Below are positions 25,501 to 37,500 of a DNA stretch of 50,381 bases, in pieces. The notes beneath the pieces are model-generated. The model was given only the letters and a program-made list of their open reading frames with translations. It had not been told where the DNA came from and ran no database searches. Made by a program: the position numbers and the translations under genes. Origin of the DNA: Phoronis australis (lineage: Eukaryota; Animalia; Phoronida); assembly GCA_002633005.1 (NCBI GenBank), contig NMRA01000157.1:348073-398453 (forward strand). The letters run 5' to 3'. Position 1 is the stretch's first letter, and each line of letters begins with the position of its first letter.

Positions 25501-28500
25501 ATTCACAGAGAACAAAAATGCATCAGCTAAATTGTTCGTCTCTAGCTAACTGCGCAAACACGAATCAGACGGAGAACTTTTTGGAAGATTATGTACACAA
25601 TGGGGATGAAATGAGTCCCACATTGAAGGATTCTGGTGAGTATAAAGATGAAGAACTCTAGGCTCCATCAACAACGATCAGATTTTTTAATAAATCAATG
25701 TATTTCGACTGACACTCCAAAGAACAATGCAGTTCCAAATCTAACCACTAACTGCCAACTCCATGCTAGTTATTATCGTGTGACGTACGTTATAGATCGC
25801 ATGACGATTTTCCTCAGCATCCCAGAATTTGGGGATTAAAACTAGGTAATAGGAATGATTTGAGAAATATTTTTGAATAATAATAAAACTTCAACATTAC
25901 GCACCTTCAAATTGACATCAATGAGTGTGCAAGTCGCAGGTATTAAGAAAATTTAATACACTCAGCTGCAGTTACTTATTGTAAAGGATAATAGTCACTT
26001 ATAGCAACGGATTTTGAGAAGCATTTTTTTCATCGAATAACAGGTGTTAAATTGGTTCTCAAAATGTGGGCTTCCTAAGTGACGATTGCCAGACCATAGG
26101 TGCTTTAGAGATCCATACAGAAATCCAGGGTAAGGTCTAAGAGCTTAATAATTATGGACTCAACAAAAAAACCCCAACCTTTAAAAATGGTCAATCATAC
26201 AATGTGTTTGACCCCAAGGAGAGAAATGAGCAATTTAACTTGGAACGTAAATACCTTAGATTCCATACAAACAGCATTTTCATACAAGAGCACTTGCATC
26301 TTGACATCATAACCAATGTAGCCCGCAATCCATATCTCACTCTTACACGTCTCTCGAAGTTTCTGTTGAGTAAAGTAGTCGTCAACCTCCTCTGGGCAGG
26401 TGTCTTTAAAACATAATCACAAGTCAGCACCCAAATATTGTTTAAAAGATAGTGAATCACAGTGAGAGATCAGTGCACTTTGAATCTGAAAAATCAGACT
26501 AGAAAAACGAAGGTGCAATTTGCAGCAAAACAGTTATATTATTCAAAAACTAACTTTTGATTTTGACCATTTAACGCAAATGGTCTCAATCTGTTCCTAC
26601 ATGGTCAATTACATAGAAGTGACTTCTGAATTAGCATAAACTGTCACTAGAGACAGTACTCTAGATAGTTTGTCACAGTGGGCCACTTTATGAACTGCGC
26701 ATGATCACAGCCAACAATGAACTCGTCTGTAATTTTTCAAAGTTACCATCAAACCATTTGTATGCGAGTTGATAACATTAAACACAGAAAAACCAGGAAC
26801 TCCTACTGGGAATCGAACCACAGGTATCTAGAGTGTCGGTTCAGAGACCTGTGGTCTGATTCCCAGTTGTTTCTGATTTTTCTGTGTTTATTCGATATAT
26901 TTCACTATTGGCCAACCTTAGCATCTATACGTCAACAAGAGACTAGTAGAGATCTGGGGCCCGTTCCAACAAAACTCACTCAGCTAAGACAAATCTTAAA
27001 TTTTAGTAAAGTTTAAAATAAAAGTTAAATCTGTCTAAAAATAAATTGAAGAAAGAGATATTAAGTTTGACTTACGTGTTTGACATAAGTTTTGTCTTAA
27101 TTTTGACTAACTTGCCGAATGTGGAAGTTTCAAAGTTTGGAAGTTAAGACAAATCTTAAAGTTAAGTCAAAAATGAACTTAAGTCAGTTTCTTGGAACAG
27201 GCCCCTGTTTTATAGCAAGTTAGTTTTTTTTTGGCGTACCATGCGTTAAATGACTGATGCAACTTCGAATTACAATATGCTATAAACATTCCCACTCAAA
27301 ATAAGATTGGCCCAAACCCCGTCTATCAGGGTAAACGGTAGGTTTTGGCAGATTGAACTAGACCGTATTTATCCACCTTGGCGGAGTCGCGCTTGGCTCA
27401 CGATCAAAGGGATGCCGCCAAGCTGCTCTATTCAGTGAGTCATGAGCGAGGATAATTGGCTTCGCTCAGGCGGATATGATCAGCTGATTACAGTCTAGCC
27501 TAGCAGACTGTACTTTTTATGGAGAGAGTTTTACGTACTAGTTTTTACTGAAAAGAGGAGCGAAAACAAATATGAGTACAACTTTGAATTTTTCAAATCA
27601 GCCCAGGATAAGAGATTTTGCAACACAGCAACACTCATGATTACTTTCATTCAGCGCGCACGAATACAAAAACATAGGACCCAAGTTATTTAGATTTTGG
27701 AACACATGCATTGCAATATTCAAAATACTTTTATTATGAATCTTACAAGCTGTAAAACGACGTTGTTTAATTTCAGTGTGCTCCGTCAAATCGGAAATTT
27801 CCGAGATGTGATCTGCGGCGTGCGCGTATGTGTACAAAACACGTGATGTTGTGTTCCTAAAGTACGAACATTAAGAAACTTTAGCATGCCGTTATTATTG
27901 ACAGGGACACGATAAAACAAATTTGGATTTTGACTATAGTCTTGATACAGCGAGCTGGCTGACCCGTGCGTCAGTGTCTCTGTTAGACCCAGAAATTTCA
28001 CACAGCCCGGGTACTTCACCTCGTCCCCAACATGTAGATTGAGACTAGGACTATTAATGTTTTACTCCACGGTAGAGCTAACGACCGTCGCCCTGTGCAC
28101 ACAAAATCTGTGAGTTAACCAGCACTCATCTGCACGCCATTTTCTTGCATAATCCTCCGCCTTTGTAACAAAAAAGTCTGTCGTCAATGACCCGCACGCG
28201 CTCGCTCACTCACTCTCATACGCAGACGAACTTCAAAACAAACGTCACGTGACAACAACATTTGTGTTCATCCAGAGATTTTTCTCGTGTTGTGGGGTAC
28301 GATGTAGTGCAGATTTGGACTTATTCGCAATTAATCTGGACTCCACATGAACTTTAAAAATTGTAAAACATAAGGAAGATTTCAGTTGATTTTTTTGAGT
28401 CGAAACTATATTTTTATTTAAGAATTAAAGTTTTCCTATCGACGATCGCGATTCAGTGACTTATCAGTCCGCAAGTTTTCGCCCTGGGATTTCAGCACGC

Positions 28501-31500
28501 TGCAGGCCACATCTCAGAAATTTCCGATTTGACGGATAACAATGAAATTAAACAACGTCGTTTTACAGATTGTAAGAGTTATTATATTTTAACGTATTTT
28601 GAATATTGCAATGCATATGTTCCAAAATCTAAATAACTTGGGTCCTATATTTTTGTATTCGTGCGCGCCGAATGATGAAAGTAATCGTGAGTGTTGCTGT
28701 GTTGGTAAATCTCTTATTCTGCACCGATTTGAAAAATTCAGTCAAAGCTGTACCAACATTTTTTTCTCTCCTCTTTTCAAATATTACACTCAAAACTACG
28801 TAAAACGCTCTTCATAAAAAGTACGGTCATCTAGGCTAGATTGTAATCAGCTGATCGTATCCGCATGAGCAAAGCCAATTATCCTCGCTCGTGACTCGAT
28901 GAATAGAGCAGCTAGGTGAGATCCCTTTGATCGTGAGCTGATCGCGACACAGCCAAGGTGGATAAATACGGTCTAGTTCAATCGGCCAAACCCCACAGTT
29001 TTCCCTGATCAGAGGGGTTTGACAAGACCTCGTTTAGTGGGAGTGTTTATAGCACGGCAATTAAGTCTTTAAACAATTAAATGTTTTGTTTATCAACTAG
29101 GGAAAAAGATTAATTGTCATATGCACTTCCTTGACGTAAGTACTTTGCCTGCTATTACTAAGTACACAGAGCGACACCTGGTGACTGACATGCTTAGTTT
29201 CACACCAACGTGTAACGATACAGTAAATCTGGGCAAAGAGTACGATCCACGGGAGCTGATTGTGAACTCTCAGTGCTGTAGCAAATTGTGAGTATATTTT
29301 TGGGACATCCTGTAATTTATTACCTTCGTGAGGTGGTATGTCGACAATCTTAGAACATGCACACATGATGTTGAGAGGAGCCTTGAACACCTTTTTATCT
29401 ATGATGTCTGTGCCTTCAACATCAGGCAAAGGAACAGCTTCCTTGAGATGGCAGAATTCCATAGCTGAGGCCATTGAACATATCTCTTTCATTGTGGGAC
29501 GATCAGACGGCTTATCGCTCCAACACATCACCATCAGGTCAAGAACGTTGGTCGGATTTCGTGCCTCCTATGGGGCAGTAACATCAGCCGTTACATTTCG
29601 AAGTATTTTAGACACAGTTGACTCAAGCACTTTAAAAATGTTTTTCGAATCCCAATTTTCTAAGGAACATACGAGATCAGTACAGACATCTAGTGCAGAA
29701 GTCACAATCTATTTTCTCACGTTGAGAACATACTGTCTCAAAAAAGCCCGGGCAAGAAGCTCTGTCACCAGAGCCTGACTGGGGACAACCATAACAAATT
29801 AAGGTGAATGCTGACAGACATAGAAAGTTGATCCTGGGTGGTAGAGAGCAATCTAACAATAGAGGTGAGTTCACAAAGGGTGAAGATTAGACATTACAAG
29901 GGAGAGTCTGGAAGATGTAAGGCAGAGATGAGAAAACAGAAAGTTGAACAGACAAAGGTGGAGAAAAAGGTTATATCTGGCAGAAGTAAGGCAGAGACAA
30001 GCAGATGGAAGGTGAAGTCTAAGAGTGCAGAAGAGTCTTACAGACAAAGGGTAAAGTCTGGAAGATGTAAGCCAGTGATGAGTAGATAGAAGGCAGAATT
30101 TGGAAATGTAGACTAAGCTAACGGAAAGTGGACTTTAGAAGATAGATGGGGGAATGACAGATGGCAGAAAGTGGCGGTCGACACTACGACAGGCAGGAAC
30201 GAGTAGAGAGAAGGTGGAGATTAGAAGACGGGTAAAGTCCAGCCTATGCAGAGTATAGGTTGCACTTCAAGACTCAACTTGAAATTTGACTAATCACATT
30301 ACATGAAATTAGAAAAATTTAATAACTAGAAGCATGGCAGGTCTTATATGTTACCTAGGCACCAGGAAAGAATTAAAAATGACGTGGAAATTGGCAAACT
30401 TCCAAGATGAGTAATTAAGTCTTGTGGTCACGGGACCTGAAGCAACTGTGAGGCAGAAAGAAAAATGGCACAAAGATGTTCTGCAAATTACCTTGTAAGT
30501 GATGGCTGGCCGACCTCCTTGTATGATGTGAAGGCGCAGGTTGGCAGCACTATGCTTATGAAATGGTGGATTCAGTGACAACAGTTCATAGATAAATATC
30601 CCAAATGAATAGCAGTCGGCCTGAAAGATTATATTGCACGAGTTCAAGCATAACCGAATATTACCAATTAATAACAACCCACAAGCCAGAACAAACACGA
30701 TATTTTGCATTGGGATAAGTCATACTGAACTAGTAATCAGGGAGAAATTTTAACGACATGAACATTGGGTTTGAACACAAAACATTAATATTGGTCATAA
30801 TTTAACTTAAAAAGAACTCACTGAGAGGTGTTATGTATGATTACTATTAATTCAGCCACTTCTGCAGTTTACGGGACAGGTACTTGAGTCCTATGTCTTA
30901 ATTCTTAAATGCATTTAATATATGATTACACCATGTTAGGTGTCATTGGCCGCACTTACACATGAGACAGTTGTCACGGAGCAACTAAACGTGGAACAGC
31001 TGATCAGGCGCAAGTGTGTCACTGCGTAAACAAGACTGACACGGAGCAGCAGGTTGACACCGCAGCAGCCATTTGTGGCATCGGTTTGAAAGGTAGAGCA
31101 AGTTGCGCTTGATCGTCTACTCCAGTTTAAATTACACGTCCTGAACACAAACCGGGGCAAGGCGGAAGTGATCATCTCCTTTATGCTTGCATAAAAACGT
31201 AAATACGCGTGATTCGCTAGCATTCCACCTGGTTCGGACGTTCGCTTTTAATTGTTCATGCAGCACAGACAGTCTTCGTGTTAATGACTCATGCTGACCC
31301 AGTTTGTGACCTAATGTCGTGCAAATGATTCTAAATGGAGCAGTTCATGCTGTGATAACTCACACCGTGACAGCTCACACCATGACAACTCATACCATGA
31401 CAATTGTTCCCCATTTTGTAAAAACAGCTATTCTGGCTGGGTTAAGCAAACTGCAATAAAAAATCCATAAAACGTTCTGCGATTGAACGGTTTTAATAAA

Positions 31501-34500
31501 ACTTTCACGGCATTCACTGCGGCACCAGAAGATGTACGACTTAAGAGCCATACATCGTTATGTTCGACACAAATCAATGATGACACGCTACTTAATAGCA
31601 GACAGCACATTTGGAAATTTGGCCAACGTGATGTGGTGTAGGATCGATTATAGTCAGTGAGACAAGTCATGATGGGTCATTACCAGGATAAAAATCTGCA
31701 GCAAAATTGACCGTAACAACGGGCAAGCAGTATTTTGTCCGTCTTTACTTTTGGCTTGTACTATATTCTGTGGAGCTTATGCGTATTTATATAAATTATG
31801 CAGAGCTTCACACTATGTGGCATTATTGTACACACATCAATCAACAGAGGGCACTACCTCAACCATTCTAACACTTTGGTATACACATCAAACAGCAGAG
31901 GGCACTAGCTCAGCCACTCTGGCATTATTGTACACCCCTCGTGTCAATTACTCTCAGACTGGCATTGTAACCACATCAATCAACAGAGGGCACTAGCTCA
32001 AACATTTAGAAGCACCTAGTTTTCTTACACCACACCGCGAAAGTGACACACGTGCAATAAAGAATCAAATTGTTAGGATATTCCCCACCTTTTCCGTGTA
32101 TGTTTCATTGCCAGCATGTTCCAGTATCTCAGGCGCCATATATGGTGGAGTACCAGCAGAGCCACGTGCTCCTGAAATATTATTGTACCACAATGGAGCC
32201 AATTTAATGTTATGAAGCACCTTGTCGACAAGTCTGAGTGTGTAAGAGATAAATAAGAAACCATGGGTTTTAACTATGCCAGTATGTCACTTTTTTTCTG
32301 AAAATAGGCTTTTTACCAGACAGTCTGCCATTAATTGGGTCTTATGATCATGTGTTTTAAAAAATTAGTGAAAAAGAAACACAAGGTTCATTTGATAACA
32401 AAATAACGGCATGGCGGTAATCCAACTGGTCCAAAACGTTTGGTCATCTGTCGCCGGGATCACATGTGCCAAATCTCATTATGATCCTGCAGGGGTTTAG
32501 GAGATGCAGCCATGGAACCCGGGTGCCAGGAGAGAGCTGACGAATAAATGCACCCACACATAAATATGTGGGTGCACAAAAATACAATGATTTTACTTCA
32601 GCAACTCATTACATTCATCTAATTATTTAAAGTGGCATATTTCACCCGATTTTAGTTGCCCAAGTTGAATTCTTAACCGAAGTACCAAGCATAACCATGC
32701 ACATCCGATATTGAATTACCGTATATCCAAATAAGCCAGCAACTCAAGTCACATGCAATGCATTCAAGCATCATTTTTGAATCTGCAACTTAAGGCTGGC
32801 CAACCGCATGGTTTTGAAATTCTTGTTCATAACGGAAACACAATCTTATCAAGAACATTAACTTTATGATGCTCAGGGTTAAAGGCTTGATTTTACCTTT
32901 TTAAGCAGTTAGTGTGAATGCAGTTTTAAACATTCGCACAAGACATTTTTCTTTACAACAGGCCTACGTCCTTTATTACAGAAAAAACTTGGAGTGACTG
33001 ATAAACAGTATTCAATGGACAGATTATTTTTGTTTCCAACTAATGTTTATTCTAAACAGTTGACTACACTGTCCACCTCTATCACATCACAAGGATATAA
33101 TTATATGCCCACCTGTAGAAGAGGCAGATCGGCTGATCCCATAGTCAGCAAGCTTGACGAGGATAGAATGACTCGGGTTGTGAATGCGAGGGTCCGGCAT
33201 TTGCCAGACAAGAACGTTCTCTGCCTTCAGGTCCCGGTAAATGATGCCAGTACAGTGCAAAAAGTCCATGGCAGAGGACACCTGCAAAATTGAGTCAAAT
33301 GTGCCAGGTTCAAAATGTCAACTAGTCAATTGGGTGAATGTACTTTGGGTTTTAAAGTCAGAATTAGTGGCCCATCATGTAGCTACCGCAATGATTGCTG
33401 AACTCTTTCAAAAATAAGTTTCTACCAACACATCCCTACCACATACCACTGTCAGAGAACGGATTCATGTTTAATGGGAAGTCATAATTTGTCCCGCCTC
33501 AAAATTTTCAAAACGTCAAAGTGGCGTCAATTGTTACAGATTGCTCATATCATCTTAGCATTTGTCACATATGTATGGCACGATATTTGTCAGTGAAAAC
33601 AATGATTTCCATAATATTACAATTTGTGAAAATGGGAACCACCACTAGAAGCAGCATAAAATAACTTAACCAAGCACTGGGTAACGTTTTGTCACAAAAC
33701 TCTCAAAATATCGTTACGGACCACAGCTGTGGAATGAGTATCCCGATTGCCTGGTCGGCCAGTCGGGGACTGACAAACCAATGTTCAATTCTCGTATTGT
33801 CTGCTTTCATCTCATCTGATGCTCACGTAATCCAGCAATTATGTTGCAAACAGCACGCCTGACGCTAAGCGATATTTAAAAATATTATTTGCAAACAACT
33901 TTCAACAAATGTCGCGAAGCAGGATGTGTTTTGTATGAAATGCTTCCACAAAAAAACTTTGAATCAATGGAGAAAAATGGTTGACTTTTCAGAGAAATTA
34001 GACTTAACTTTTACTGGTCACCTGTTGATTCCTTTGTAAGCTCAGACCAGCTTAGTGAACCACAATATATTGTGTACCAACACAAAAAGCGTGCTTGAGA
34101 AATTAAGATTAGATGGTGATAGCGGAAATTTCTTGATTTTTGCAGTGCAGGAGAATGGTACGTAATGTCACAAAAATTCAGGCAAACAATTTTGCCACAG
34201 AATGTCACCATCACAGGGAATCCATTCTCTGCTATTTGTCAAAGCTTTATAAAAATCCGATAATAGGATGTGTGTATAGTAAATACAAAAAACTGAAATC
34301 TGCTTGTCGAAAAATCACTCAACAATATGGTACATACCCACAACAAATCTCACCTATTTCCGAAAAAATAAATATCAAAATGACGTTTTTTGAATCTTCT
34401 CAGGCTTCTAACACACTGTGGTACAAAATGTTGAACATACGTTCCGTGCTGCACATGTTGCAGTGAAAAGAGGATAAAAACAAACTCGACGGCCACACTG

Positions 34501-37500
34501 TTAAAAATTGGTCACTTTACTATACCTCTGCATAATATTTCTTCAAAAATCTTGTCAAAAACTAAAAAATAATTAACAGGAAGCCCAAAATTTCATCAGC
34601 ATCTGTCGAGCCATTACGAAAATAATCAACAATTAGTCAAAACCTAAAACAACCAACAGTGGGCACTACAGTACTTGAATCCGTCTGAAAATTATCTGGT
34701 GCCCATCACAACCGCAATATACCCCTGACAAGTTTCATAAGAAGTGGGAATCTGATATTCAAATAATCGGGTAAGGACAGTTCTGGTGAAAACTAAAAAT
34801 TGCCAAGATGTTGTAATGATAAGCCGTAGTGTAAGTCTAAACTATATTGAGTATATCAAGGCAAATCAACCTCTCAAACATGAAGGTGTCCCCATACAAT
34901 AAAACTATTAAGTAAAGTGTACCGCAGCAATAGATACATTGCTGGGCCATCATGTTACAGATGTGGGGTGCTAAAGGGTAGTTGAATTAGTGAAACTGGT
35001 GCAAGCCCAAGTTTCATCAAAATCCATAAAGGAATTTTGACAATAACTGACAGACAAGGAAAATCTCACTGAAAACTAGGGAAAGCCACAGTGTTGTAAA
35101 CACCAGGTGAAAAATAACTCTATGTCAAATTCCATCACGATCAGTCAATCATGCTATTTTTGAGATAATCAACGGAGAAGCGAGGTAACCTTGAACAGTC
35201 AGATGGATAGCAGACAGGCAGGGTGCTGACTGTATGCAACCAAAAAGAGTTTTTGAAGATGAACAAAAACCAATTTCAATTATAAGCATGCGGGACAGCT
35301 GAAACTATTCACAGAATGTTCTCCTACTGCTCAGATACCACTGACTATCTAGTCACGGACAACGTACCTGTACTATGATGTTCTTCAACGCATTTATAGG
35401 CAAGCTAGAGTCATTCCTTTTGAAATTCTTCAGTATGCCGTCCAGGGCACCCAGGGGAGCTAACTCCAACACCATACTGATGGGCTTTGGAATGATGCCA
35501 ATGAGGGAGACGACGTTGGGGTGGATGACGCACAGCATGATACCCACCTCCCGTCGTATCATCGTGTACGCATCACAGTATAGCTGGAGAGGGTCTCGCA
35601 TCCACTTGCTCTTAAGTGACTGGCATTATTACAAGAAAAAAGTCATTATGTTATCATGCAAATAATATGATTATAATACACACTTGACTCAAAAGATTTT
35701 ATTGAATCATCATAAGTGATAACAAGTTTTCGGCTTTATGCAAAAATAGTATTTTGACAACAAAAATGTGAGAGTCTGCACAACAAAGTGAGCTGTATTA
35801 CCAAGCCACCGTCCCATCCAGGAGAGATCATGTCTGGCCAAACTTACCAAAAGCACAATTTTTTAAGTACAGGAAGAAAACAAAAAGTGATCAAGCAGAT
35901 TATTCCAATCAATGCTTTAAACCTCCAGTAAAAATTTTGGCTGTTACATAACAAAAAACAAAATTGTCAACTTTCAGTTAATAAGTTCAAATGTTTGAAA
36001 ATTCACGTGAGTTTCGGCATAAAGTCAGACAATGATGACAAATGAAAGTTGGCATCATACAAGTGTTGGTTTCTGACAACACACGGGAACAATAATTCAC
36101 ACCTTGTAGTAATGTTTGACGTCCTCGTCAACACCGTCCCCAGGGTCCTCAGGTTCCAGCATTTTCACAGCCACGTCAAGGGTCATCTTTTGGGATTCCT
36201 GAAGAACACAAGATGGTTAATCCACCCCATCACTAACAATGACCGTGCCTAAGCAATACATAAGTTGTGCAACAATCCCGATAATGACTGAATGCTCGTG
36301 AAAATCCTAAGATAGACCAATTCGTAATTTTATCAATTTTCAAATTGGCCACACTCCCTTGCAAAGACAACAAATACGATAACCATAATACAGTCGGGGT
36401 AAAATGATGAACAATGGCTAGTCACTAGATGGCACTAGTGTTGTTGGTGGGTAGTGTTCTGTATTCCCATTATAGATCTAATGCAGAAGGATACTCTACA
36501 GTCTATGTCTTTTTCAAAGTTAATTCTTCGCGACCATCATGGCGTCAAATTGCTTCTTTTACGCAGCGGCATGAAGCAAAATGTCCAGCGACTCAAAATG
36601 TTTGTGACTAAAAAAAATTGCACCTCGTCTCCGTCAAGATAAAGCCCATCTTGCACCCCAGAATTTGAGATTGGGTCAAGTGAATGTTGCTTTTGTGCTC
36701 CCTAAAAGCAAACAAAGTTTCTTATTGATTCCTCCCACCAAAAGGATAATGTTCCACCGCCTGTAAAAAATCATGGCCTTTTGCCAGTTATTTAACTTGT
36801 CATTGCCTTAAATAATCAATTTAGAGAATATGGAAATCCTTTAATTTTCGTCTGACTACAAAAAAGTTCAACACAATCATATAGTTGAGCAATCTGTACT
36901 CAACATTTAATCAATCACGCTGCACGACTCTAGAACAAGTTTGCAGTTTATTTGAAATGTGGCATGCAATAGGTCAATTTCTGAGTCAAGTTTCGAGTAC
37001 TGAGAGATTAGACAACTGTACAGAACATTGTTTATGTTTTAGGTAATGGGGAACTCTCAGTTACAGATAGTAAATCCGTCCATTTATAGTAAACAGTCAT
37101 GCAGCTTTACTAGTTCAAGAAAACTAACTTTTGTAACCTTTCCCCTGAAGACAAAACCAAATGCTCCATGGCCAAGTAGAGACCCCTTCTGGAAACTCTC
37201 TGGACTGACGATATACCCATCTCCAGCAAGATCATGGAATACCTGCGACAAAAATCAATGTACAGTTGAAGCTGTCCACCTAACATCAGATCCTGCAGTG
37301 AGTTAACTACTGGAGAGCTTAGGGAGGTTACACAAGACAACACAAATGAAAGCGAGGTAACTGCTTCACAAGACAAAAGCCTGATACATTCCTACAGCAG
37401 TGAACATCTATTAAAGGCTGAAACTAAAATGTTAGGTCGGGGTGACAGGAATGTTGAAATGTGGAGTACCTAAAAGCAGACGTCATACTGTTTATGTTTC

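Noticed and set aside
24670-25839. Duplicated 67-aa ORFs (24670-24873 and 25636-25839)
   Set aside because: GTG-initiated, no recognisable motif, antisense in an intron; duplicated only through the assembly overlap.
27598-28817. Similar ORFs 27598-27837 (-) and 28599-28817 (+)
   Set aside because: They are the two arms of the foldback element; similarity is at DNA level and the frames are broken by indels.
29838-30089. Lys/Arg-rich 83-aa ORF
   Set aside because: Product of a purine-rich degenerate tandem repeat antisense in an intron.
33113-33281. YRD and DYG in place of HRD and DFG as a novel or pseudokinase feature
   Set aside because: These substitutions are normal for LRRK-family kinases; the catalytic residues are intact.
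36199-36250. Upstream alternative acceptor for the VAVK exon
   Set aside because: Would add 50 nt and break the frame.
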